Part shown: piece after piece, positions 11,344-18,388 of the stretch
How positions within the stretch are numbered: the stretch's first letter is position 1
Layout of the letters: every line of letters starts with the position of its first letter
Assembly: GCA_049516755.1 (NCBI GenBank)
Contig: JBEKSU010000015.1
Coordinates: 490 to 24,489 of the forward strand
Direction: 5' to 3'
DNA from: Verrucomicrobiota bacterium
GTDB lineage: Bacteria > Verrucomicrobiota > Verrucomicrobiia > Limisphaerales > UBA11358
DNA: 24,000 nt
Position numbers and translations under genes: made by a program
The notes under the pieces: model-generated
What the model was told of the DNA's origin: nothing
The model's database searches: none
Seen by the model: only the letters and a program-made list of their open reading frames with translations

Positions 11344-12459
11344 TTATTTCGCGGTCGCCAGTTCCACTTCCGTTCCGCAATTCCCTTTTCCGCAATCGCA
11401 ACCGCCTTCTTCCTGATCGCTGAAACCATGGCTGTCCCAGCTTGGGTCAAGGCCGAGGTCCTTGAGCATTTGCAGGTCTTTCTCGACGGATTGATTGAGC
11501 GTGGTGAGATAATTGCCGACCATCAGCGCGCTCGCGCCAGCCATGAAAATCAGGCTTTGCGCGTCGCGCAAATTCACCGTGCGGCCGCCGGCGACCATGA
11601 TTTCCTGCCGCGACAAAATGAACCGGAAGCACGCGATGGTCTTTAAAATTTCCAGGACGGGCAGGGGATCGTTTTTTTCGAAGGGCGTGCCGGGAATCGG
11701 GTTGAGAATGTTGACGGGCACGACTTTCGCGCCGATTTGCTTCAGCGAAAACGCGAGGTCGCAGCGATCTTCGCGCGTCTCGCCCATGCCGATGATGCCG
11801 CCGGAACAAATTTTGATGCCGGCCTTTTTCAGATAACCGATGGTTTCGAGGCGGTCATCGTAGGTGTGCGTGGTGCAGGTCTTGGGGAAAAAGCGGCGCG
11901 AGCTTTCGAGGTTGTGACCGTAGCACTCGACGCCGGCTTCCTTGAGCCGGTCGGCCACGCGCTGGCTTTTGATGATGCCGAGCGAGACGTCCGGTCGCGT
12001 TTTGCCGCCGGCTTTCAACTCGCGCACGCGGGCGCAAACCTCATCGAGCATCGGGCCTTCATTGAGGCCTTTCCAGGCGGCGACCAGTCCCACGGCCGTC
12101 ACGCGGTTTCGGTTGGCCTCCTCGGCGGCTTCGGCCACGGGTTCGGGATCAACGAACCCGTATTTGGGCGAGCCGGTCTGGTAAAACGATGATTGCGCGC
12201 AGAAACTGCAATTTTCCGGGCACGCGCCGGCCTTGGCGTTGACGATGGAACAGAGGTGGATTTTGTTGCCCTTGAATTGTTCCCGGATGCGGTTCGCCCA
12301 CGAGAGCAGATCGAAAATGTCGGAGCGGTTTTCGAGATTGAAGAGCCACAACGCCTCGTCACGGGAAATCCGGCCGCCATTTAAAATCCGTTCGCCGAGC
12401 CGGGCGATTTGCGTTCGGGGGTTTGCGTCAACCAGTTTAACAGTCATGGTTGACAGCAT
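11344..12459 (-). CDS. bioB: Biotin synthase (radical SAM)
   Basis: CPENCSFCAQS is the radical-SAM CxxxCxxC motif, and the protein has a BioB-like layout throughout. An unusual Cys-rich C-terminal tail reads EEGGCDCGKGNCGTEVELATAK. ATG 12447 is an alternative, possibly leaderless, start. Confidence 0.93.
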   Translation of the reverse strand: MLSTMTVKLVDANPRTQIARLGERILNGGRISRDEALWLFNLENRSDIFDLLSWANRIREQFKGNKIHLCSIVNAKAGACPENCSFCAQSSFYQTGSPKYGFVDPEPVAEAAEEANRNRVTAVGLVAAWKGLNEGPMLDEVCARVRELKAGGKTRPDVSLGIIKSQRVADRLKEAGVECYGHNLESSRRFFPKTCTTHTYDDRLETIGYLKKAGIKICSGGIIGMGETREDRCDLAFSLKQIGAKVVPVNILNPIPGTPFEKNDPLPVLEILKTIACFRFILSRQEIMVAGGRTVNLRDAQSLIFMAGASALMVGNYLTTLNQSVEKDLQMLKDLGLDPSWDSHGFSDQEEGGCDCGKGNCGTEVELATAK

Positions 12460-12482
12460 ACCGGGCGCATCAAATTGCGCAA
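12426..12482 (-). promoter_or_regulatory. Candidate bioB promoter plus BirA-type operator
   Basis: The minus strand reads TTGCGC (12482..12477), a 16-nt spacer, then TATGCT (12460..12455). It is followed by the inverted repeat TGTCAACC-N14-GGTTGACg (12455..12426). This resembles the bioO-type BirA site TGT(A/T)AACC-N14-16-GGTT(A/T)ACA as I recall it. Confidence 0.5.
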
Positions 12483-12545
12483 GCGGTGTTTGGCGGCCGG
12501 GTGGATCCGGTGGACCCGGTCTGAAAAAGGCGGTGAGGCGGGGAC

Positions 12546-13118
12546 TTATTCGATCATCTTGCCAATGATGTTTTGTCGCGGAACCGCCCCGAAAGTGCGG
12601 CTGTCGGTGCTGTCCTTGCGATTATCGCCCATGACGAAGAATCTGTCATTGCCGATGCAAATGAACTCGTTCGCGTTTTTCTCATAGGCATAGGTTGGCG
12701 TATTCGCCGGAAGATAGGGTTCGTCCAACAGCTTGCCATTGACATAAACCCTGCCACCTTTGAGAAAAACCGATTGTCCCGGCATGGCGATGATGCGTTT
12801 GACCTCGAGCATATTATCGCGCGGGTCTTTCAGAGCGACGATGTCATTTTGTCGCGGCTCGCCTATGATATAGGAGAACCGGTTTAACCAATAATGTCCC
12901 GAGTCGGTCAGGGTGGGATACATGCTGTAGCCTTCCACCTGAACGGCTTGAATGATGTAATGGGTGATCAACAGATAGCTCAATGTTCCCAAGCTGGCCA
13001 AAACCGTCAGAGCCCAGCATTGTCTGAAAAACCAAGACCACGATACTTGCAGGATATGACCTTTCACAAAGAAAAGTCTGGGAATGTTGTTCGAACTTAA
13101 TTGCGCTGAGACAGCCAT
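12546..13118 (-). CDS. lepB: Signal peptidase I (S26 family)
   Basis: An N-terminal TM segment, the catalytic-Ser box EGYSMYPTL, ...VKRIIAMPG..., and GDNRKDSTDSR. Confidence 0.93.
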   Translation of the reverse strand: MAVSAQLSSNNIPRLFFVKGHILQVSWSWFFRQCWALTVLASLGTLSYLLITHYIIQAVQVEGYSMYPTLTDSGHYWLNRFSYIIGEPRQNDIVALKDPRDNMLEVKRIIAMPGQSVFLKGGRVYVNGKLLDEPYLPANTPTYAYEKNANEFICIGNDRFFVMGDNRKDSTDSRTFGAVPRQNIIGKMIE

Positions 13119-13162
13119 AAACCTCTGTTTCTCTTTTTACGTCATGGAAACTGAATTTTGGC

Positions 13163-13206
13163 AACAATACTGTCCAAAATATAGACAATAATGTCCAAGT
13201 TGACAA
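13163..13206 (-). promoter_or_regulatory. Candidate sigma70-type lepB promoter with flanking 15-nt direct repeats
   Basis: The minus strand reads TTGTCA (13206..13201), a 17-nt spacer, then TATATT (13183..13178). TTGGACATTATTGTC (13198..13184) and TTGGACAGTATTGTT (13177..13163) flank the -10 box with 21-nt periodicity. GAGG lies 3 nt before ATG 13118. Confidence 0.55.
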
Positions 13207-13243
13207 CAAAAAAATAACATTACCCGTAAAAATTCGGGTTTAG

Positions 13244-14089
13244 TTATTTATTTGCAGGAGGTTGTGAACGAATTGTCGCGTTCAGATAACCGGCGAGGGA
13301 GGAGATTTGCATTTCCGATAGCGGGCCACCATCGACGGTGGAAAACGCGGGCATCAGCGTGCCGGCCTTGCCATGCGCTATCCAGGTTTGCCAGAAATCC
13401 ACATTGGTTGGCGTTTTGATGTTGTGCAAATCCGGCACCATGCTGGCGCGGGTTTTGGATTCGTGGCAGTTGGCACAGATGGCGAAATAAAGCGGTTTGC
13501 CATATTTACCTTCGCCGGGTTTGACGTGGCAGGTTGCGCAATCACCGCGAAAGACCGCCTGCCGGTCGGCCTTGGCCATCTCCACAGCGCGCGCACGATC
13601 GGCCTCGGACTGGCTCGGAATCACCGGCGGCAGAATATTGATTTTGAGGATGAGTTGTTTGAAGCCCTTGTCGGTCTTGACATTGACCGTCTTGATCTGC
13701 AATCCGCTTTTCCCGGCCAGGTTGACTGTGAGACCAAACTGTCCGTTGGTGCCGGTGGGAATGATCCACGGCAACGGGGGCAATTGAGCCGTGGTGCAGC
13801 CGCAGGACGGATGAACATCCAGTATGGCCACGTTGCCGGGAGAAATGTTGGTAAAGCTGAAAGTGAAACGGGCATTGCCGGCATCCGCCGCTACCGTGGC
13901 CTCCTGTGTCAGGCTGTTCCAAGCCAGCACGCCATCGGGCAACGGGTCGTTTTGATGCGAGGTGTCCGGCACATAAACCGCCGCGGTGGCCGCCATCGCA
14001 TTGGTGGGGTTGCTGTCCGCCGCAAAAAGTCTCGCGCCGGCAAGGATGATGCCGGCGACCCCACAGATCAAAACGCGCTTCAATTTCAT
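13244..14089 (-). CDS. Secreted DUF1573-domain / dihaem c-type cytochrome fusion protein
   Basis: Signal peptide MKLKRVLICGVAGIILAGARLFAA. The DUF1573 hallmark HPSCGCTTA. Two CxxCH haem sites (CATCH and CANCH) in the C-terminal third. In-frame alternative starts at 14095 and 14119. Confidence 0.75.
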   Translation of the reverse strand: MKLKRVLICGVAGIILAGARLFAADSNPTNAMAATAAVYVPDTSHQNDPLPDGVLAWNSLTQEATVAADAGNARFTFSFTNISPGNVAILDVHPSCGCTTAQLPPLPWIIPTGTNGQFGLTVNLAGKSGLQIKTVNVKTDKGFKQLILKINILPPVIPSQSEADRARAVEMAKADRQAVFRGDCATCHVKPGEGKYGKPLYFAICANCHESKTRASMVPDLHNIKTPTNVDFWQTWIAHGKAGTLMPAFSTVDGGPLSEMQISSLAGYLNATIRSQPPANK

Positions 14090-14153
14090 GGACATGAAGA
14101 CTAGACAGTCAACCCTCATTTGACGAGCCGAAAATATTTTGGTTCAAAATAAT

Positions 14154-15809
14154 TCATGACCGGTTCAGCGCGCTCAACACGGCGCGCACGGACGCCAGCT
14201 CGATGTTCGTGTCCACGCCCGCGCCCCAGCGCGTGCGCCCATCGGCGTGCTTGATTTGAATGTAGGCAATCGCCGCCGCCGCCTCGCCGGAACCCAGGGC
14301 GTGCTCGCTATAATTGACGATTTCGAAACGCGGCACCCCGGCCTTGCCGAAACCGTGGACCAGCGCGGCAAGCGGGCCATTGCCTTCACCGGAAAGCTCG
14401 ACCGGCTTGCCGTCGCGCAAAAATATTGCGCGGCATTTGACGACGCCGTTTTTGCTCTCGGTTTCAAAGCGCTTGAGCTGCCACGGCTGGGAGCGTTCGA
14501 TGTATTCGCGCCAGAACATCTTTTTCAATTCGGCACCGCTGACTTCGCGGCCGAGCTTGTCCACCTCGTCGTTGGCAATCGGCCCGAACTCGCGCTGCAT
14601 GTCCTTGGGCAATTCGATGCCGAATTCGCTTTCGAGCAGGTACGCCACGCCGCCTTTGCCGGACTGGCTGTTGACGCGGATGACCTCGCGGTATTCGCGC
14701 CCGATGTCCGCCGGGTCAATCGTGAGATAGGGCACGTCCCAATGCGTGCGGCCATTTTCCTTCCATTCATTCAAACCTTTCTTGATGGCGTCCTGGTGCG
14801 AGCCGCTGAACGCCGTGAAGACCAGTTCGCCCGCGTAAGGCTGGCGCGGCGGCACCGTCATGCCCGTGCAACGTTCGTAAACGTCGATAATGGAATTGAG
14901 GTCCGAGAAATCCAGCTTCGGATCGATGCCGTGCTGGTAAAGGTTCAACGCCACGGTGACGAGGTCGAGGTTGCCCGTGCGCTCGCCGTTGCCGAAGAGC
15001 GTGCCTTCCACGCGATCCGCGCCCGCGAGCAGGCCCAGTTCCGTCGCCGCCACGCCGGTGCAGCGGTCATTGTGCGTGTGCAAACTGACAATGAGCGACT
15101 CGCGGTTTTTGATGTTCCGGCAAATCCATTCAATCTGGTCGGCATAGACATTCGGCATCGCCACCTCGACGGTGTCCGGCAGGTTCAAAATCATTTTTCT
15201 CTTCGGCGTCGGTCGCCACACGTCCATGACCGCCTCGGAAATTTCCTTCGCAAATTCAACCTCCGTCGCGCTGAAACTTTCCGGCGAATACTGGAGCATG
15301 ACTTCCGTGCCCTTGAGACGCGGCAACCGGTCCTGGATCCATTGCGCGCCGCGCACGGCGACCTCGACAATTTCCTCCTTGGATTTGCCGAACACGACGC
15401 GGCGTTGGGCGGGGGAGGTCGAGTTGTAAAGATGAATAATGGCCTTCTTCGCGCCGACCAGCGATTCGACCGTGCGTTCGATCAACTCTTCCCGCGCCTG
15501 CACGAGCACCTGGAGCCAAACGTCGGCCGGTACGCGTTTTTCCTCGATGAGCCGGCGGTTGAACGCGAACTCGGTGTTTGATGCGGACGGGAAACCGACT
15601 TCGATTTCCTTGAAGCCGCATTTCACGAGCGTCTGGAACAGCTCAAGTTTCTGGCCGACATTCATGGGCACGGCGAGCGCCTGATTGCCGTCGCGCAAAT
15701 CCACGCTGCACCAGACGGGCGCATGGGTGAGGACGCGGTTGGGCCACTGCCGGTCGGGCAAACTGACCGGCGGGAACGGACGATATTTTTTCGACGGTTG
15801 TTTATGCAT
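14154..15809 (-). CDS. leuA: 2-isopropylmalate synthase, long form (LeuA type 2)
   Basis: KKYRPFPPVSLPDRQWP...VWCSVDLRDGNQAL...HTHNDRCTGVA plus a C-terminal regulatory domain. The track ORF starts at 15920, but homologues as I recall them begin shortly before the YRPF motif, so ATG 15809 (MHKQPSKKYRPF) is preferred. Confidence 0.92.
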   Translation of the reverse strand: MHKQPSKKYRPFPPVSLPDRQWPNRVLTHAPVWCSVDLRDGNQALAVPMNVGQKLELFQTLVKCGFKEIEVGFPSASNTEFAFNRRLIEEKRVPADVWLQVLVQAREELIERTVESLVGAKKAIIHLYNSTSPAQRRVVFGKSKEEIVEVAVRGAQWIQDRLPRLKGTEVMLQYSPESFSATEVEFAKEISEAVMDVWRPTPKRKMILNLPDTVEVAMPNVYADQIEWICRNIKNRESLIVSLHTHNDRCTGVAATELGLLAGADRVEGTLFGNGERTGNLDLVTVALNLYQHGIDPKLDFSDLNSIIDVYERCTGMTVPPRQPYAGELVFTAFSGSHQDAIKKGLNEWKENGRTHWDVPYLTIDPADIGREYREVIRVNSQSGKGGVAYLLESEFGIELPKDMQREFGPIANDEVDKLGREVSGAELKKMFWREYIERSQPWQLKRFETESKNGVVKCRAIFLRDGKPVELSGEGNGPLAALVHGFGKAGVPRFEIVNYSEHALGSGEAAAAIAYIQIKHADGRTRWGAGVDTNIELASVRAVLSALNRS

Positions 15810-15956
15810 AAATTCAGGCGTTGAAGGAATTAAACCACAGGTTCCGCAGACGGGACAAATGGATTGTTGGGTGAGCCGCTTCGTTCTGCCGCCCAATAAT
15901 CCAGCAATCCAATGATCCATCCATCCGGTTTTGCTGCTCTGTGTTCATTCGTGGTT

Positions 15957-15990
15957 AAAACAAAAACCCCACCGCCGTTTGGCAGTGGGG
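15957..15990 (-). terminator. Strong intrinsic terminator hairpin upstream of leuA (candidate attenuator)
   Basis: The minus strand reads CCCCACTGCC-aaac-GGCGGTGGGG followed by TTTTTGTTTT. The stem is 10 bp with one G.U pair, which would be a C.A mismatch on the plus strand. No minus-strand gene ends upstream of it. Confidence 0.75.
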
Positions 15991-16012
15991 TTCGATAAAT
16001 CTCGTGAACGAA

Positions 16013-16084
16013 TCAGAACCCGACCGCCGCGCGGCACAACCGCAGCGCGTTTAGCAGCAGGTTCAGATTCAAATGGCAACTCAC
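16013..16084 (-). CDS. Candidate Leu-rich leader peptide (23 aa) of a leuA attenuator
   Basis: GTG 16084, then SCHLNLNLLLNALRLCRAAVGF, then TGA 16015..16013. 7 of 23 residues are Leu, including an LLL run. The last five codons overlap a segment that can pair with the terminator 5' arm. The start codon is weak (GTG, no SD), so this is tentative. Confidence 0.35.
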   Translation of the reverse strand: MSCHLNLNLLLNALRLCRAAVGF

Positions 16085-16171
16085 AACGACAACGTAGCAA
16101 TCACGTACGGTTCCGTCAAATGGTTTTTGGTCCGCGTCTTTCGGAAATCTGCCGGAGTGTGCGCCGAGGAT

Positions 16172-16299
16172 TTTGGACTGCGGTGGCAGCTTGCCGAGAC
16201 GAAGCGCAGCGAAGGCTGGAGCGTAGCGGCGACACCGCTTTTCGACTGTGGACCAGTTTCCAAAGCGGCGTGGCGCTTTGCTTCCCGCCGCAGTCCAAA
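16172..16299. repeat. Structured ~128-nt element bounded by 15-nt inverted repeats (dispersed-repeat-like, possible ncRNA)
   Basis: TTTGGACTGCGGTGG (16172..16186) pairs with CCGCCGCAGTCCAAA (16285..16299) at 14/15, the exception being a G.U-compatible pair on the plus strand. Internal hairpins are AGCGG-cgaca-CCGCT (16225..16239) and AAAGCG-gcgtgg-CGCTTT (16262..16279). It is open in several frames without credible genes. Confidence 0.7.
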
Positions 16300-16381
16300 T
16301 GGATTTAGTTGGAGCTACACTGAGTCGTGACCCATCCGAGTCAAGCTCGACGGAACCGTCCGCCTTTGTTAGTTTCCCGAC

Positions 16382-17038
16382 ATGATGATATTGACATCCA
16401 AAATCTCCGGATACTGGTTATGCGGACTTGCCTTGACCCTGCTTTCCGTTCCGGTTGTGATGGCCGGCGTGCAGATCGAAAAGGTTCGTAATGACAAGGT
16501 GCTGGTGATGGAGCAGACCTTGGCGCCAGGCGAGGACCTCTCCTTGCCGGGTGACCGCGCTGGCGTCGTGGTTTATCTCGACGCCGGATCGGTTGAAATA
16601 GCCCCGCCCCAGGAAAAGCCCCGGACCGAAACCGTCACGCGCGGAGAGGCTGTGTTTCAGCCGCCAAAATCCGGAACCGTCAAGAACGCCGGATCAGCCG
16701 CCTTGCGGGTTGTTTGGACCGAATATCTCGGAAAGGGCGGCTCGGAGACGTGGGGTACCAACGGACTGGCGCCGAATTACAAGGTCATCTTCGAGAACCA
16801 ATACGGCCGGGTTTATGACATCAAAATGGCGGCGGGAAAAAGCGAGCCGCTGCACAGCCATCATGATCGCGTCGTAATCTGCCTCTCAGGAGCCGAGTTG
16901 ATGCATGAAATGCCGGATGGCCGGAAGGAAACCGCCACCTTGAAAACGGGCGAGATCGCCTGGCGCCTCGCCACGACCCACATCGGCCACAACCTGGGCA
17001 AGACGGACCTGTGGGCAATTGCCATCGAGCCGAAATAG
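16382..17038 (+). CDS. Secreted cupin-like protein (two beta-barrel halves), function unknown
   Basis: Signal/TM segment ISGYWLCGLALTLLSVPVVMAG. The C-terminal half has a cupin-like motif, SEPLHSHHDRVVICLSGAEL...TGEIAW. Confidence 0.6.
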   Translation: MMILTSKISGYWLCGLALTLLSVPVVMAGVQIEKVRNDKVLVMEQTLAPGEDLSLPGDRAGVVVYLDAGSVEIAPPQEKPRTETVTRGEAVFQPPKSGTVKNAGSAALRVVWTEYLGKGGSETWGTNGLAPNYKVIFENQYGRVYDIKMAAGKSEPLHSHHDRVVICLSGAELMHEMPDGRKETATLKTGEIAWRLATTHIGHNLGKTDLWAIAIEPK

Positions 17039-17044
17039 ATTGCA

Positions 17045-18193
17045 TCACGGCACCGGCAGGAACCGCGTGCAGAATGGAAATGGAACTGCGACGGGCTGGC
17101 CGACTTGTGTCAGTTTGCCGGTGGCCCCATCCACGCGAAATACCACGGCGTTGTCGCTGTTGTGATTACTGCAAAGAATCCATTTACCCGTCGGGTCGAA
17201 CGTGAAGTTGCGCGGCCATTTGCCCTGTGAGGCGACCCGTTCCACCAGCGTGAGCTTGCCATTCTTTTGATTGATGGCGAACACGGCGATGCTGTCGTTT
17301 CCACGATTCGAGCCGTAGAGGAACCGGCCGTTGGGATGAATCAACAGCTCGGCGCAGGTGTTCGTGCCCTTGAATCCCTCGGGCAGCGTGGAAATGGTCT
17401 GGAATTCCTTGAGGGAACCCTTTTCGGCGTTCCATTTGAAGCCGGTGACGGTGCAGCCCATCTCGTTAATCACGTAAACCCATTTGCCGTTGGAATCAAA
17501 CTTGACGTGACGCGGTCCGGAACCGGGCTTGACGGTGGCGAACGGCGGGTCATTCGGGGTGAGCGAGCCGTCCTGCTCGTTGAACCGGTACACAAACACC
17601 TTGTCGAGGCCGAGATCGGCGACCAGCGCGAACCGGTTGCTTGGATCCACGACGATCGAGTGGGCGAACGGGCGCGTCTGCCGTTCCGGATCCACGCTGC
17701 GTCCGGTGTGTTGTTCAAAGGCGGTCTTTGCGCCCAGCGTATAATCGGGGTTGATGGTCAGCACGGAAATGTTGCCGCCCTGGTAATTGGCCACGAGCGC
17801 GTAATGGCCGGTCTTGTCGAGGGTGATGTAACTCGGGTCCGCGCCGCCGGACGGTTTCTGGTTGAGCAGGGTCAGCCGGCCGGTCTTCGGGTCAATGACA
17901 TACGCGCTGATCGCGCCGGTCGTCTTGCTCGAGTTGCAGGTGTAAAGATGTCTGCCGTCAGGATGGATTACAAAATACGCCGGTTCCACGGCCTCCGTGA
18001 TGAATTGCGGCTTCGTCAATGCACCGGTGTCGGTGTCGAAATGCGCCAGCGAAAATCCGATGCCGGGTCCGGACCGGTGCGTCCCGAAATAGACGAACGT
18101 ATCGGCGGCGCTGGCTGACAACGCGACCAGGGCGAGCAGGAGAATCAGCGAAGTTGGGCGGGCGGCGGGGTTTGGGTTTGCATTCATAGGCAT
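17045..18193 (-). CDS. Lactonase-family 7-bladed beta-propeller protein (6-phosphogluconolactonase-like) with signal peptide
   Basis: SLILLLALVALSASAADTFVYFGT..., then repeated blade motifs (HPDGRHLY, DKTGHYALVANYQGGNISV, DPSNRFALVADLGLDKVFVY, HPNGRFLYGSNRG, DPTGKWILCSNH) typical of the Lactonase family. Confidence 0.8.
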   Translation of the reverse strand: MPMNANPNPAARPTSLILLLALVALSASAADTFVYFGTHRSGPGIGFSLAHFDTDTGALTKPQFITEAVEPAYFVIHPDGRHLYTCNSSKTTGAISAYVIDPKTGRLTLLNQKPSGGADPSYITLDKTGHYALVANYQGGNISVLTINPDYTLGAKTAFEQHTGRSVDPERQTRPFAHSIVVDPSNRFALVADLGLDKVFVYRFNEQDGSLTPNDPPFATVKPGSGPRHVKFDSNGKWVYVINEMGCTVTGFKWNAEKGSLKEFQTISTLPEGFKGTNTCAELLIHPNGRFLYGSNRGNDSIAVFAINQKNGKLTLVERVASQGKWPRNFTFDPTGKWILCSNHNSDNAVVFRVDGATGKLTQVGQPVAVPFPFCTRFLPVP

Positions 18194-18388
18194 TCAATCG
18201 TCGGCCGGTGTGGCGCCGGTTTGGGTTGGAGACGAACGTTACAAAATTATCAGCCCGAATGCAAGGCCGCGGTTGGTCGGGTTAAAATTCATTCACTTCC
18301 GGAGATAGTGCTTGAGTCGTTTCCGGGTTGAGTATGTAATCGAACAAAAATATCACGTAAATATTCACGTCTCCAACCAACACATCCG

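Noticed and set aside
13222-13239. Hairpin ACCCG-N8-CGGGT after the DUF1573-cytochrome gene as an intrinsic terminator
   Set aside because: The stem is only 5 bp, the loop is AT-rich, and the T-run (13214..13208 on the minus strand) begins 7 nt after the stem. It is too weak to call and may still contribute to termination.
15810-15920. N-terminal 37-aa extension of the leuA ORF (MDHWIAGLLGG...CPVCGTCG...), which looks zinc-ribbon-like
   Set aside because: LeuA type 2 homologues, as I recall them, start shortly before the YRPF motif, and the extension has no supporting context. It is probably untranslated leader. I cannot exclude it, and if real the attenuator would sit only about 37 nt from the start.
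15931-16308. ORFs 15931..16308(+), 16081..16263(-) and 16116..16298(-) as small protein genes
   Set aside because: All three overlap one another across a palindromic, structured repeat. They are open in several frames because of composition and lack start contexts. I interpret them as repeat-derived pseudo-ORFs.
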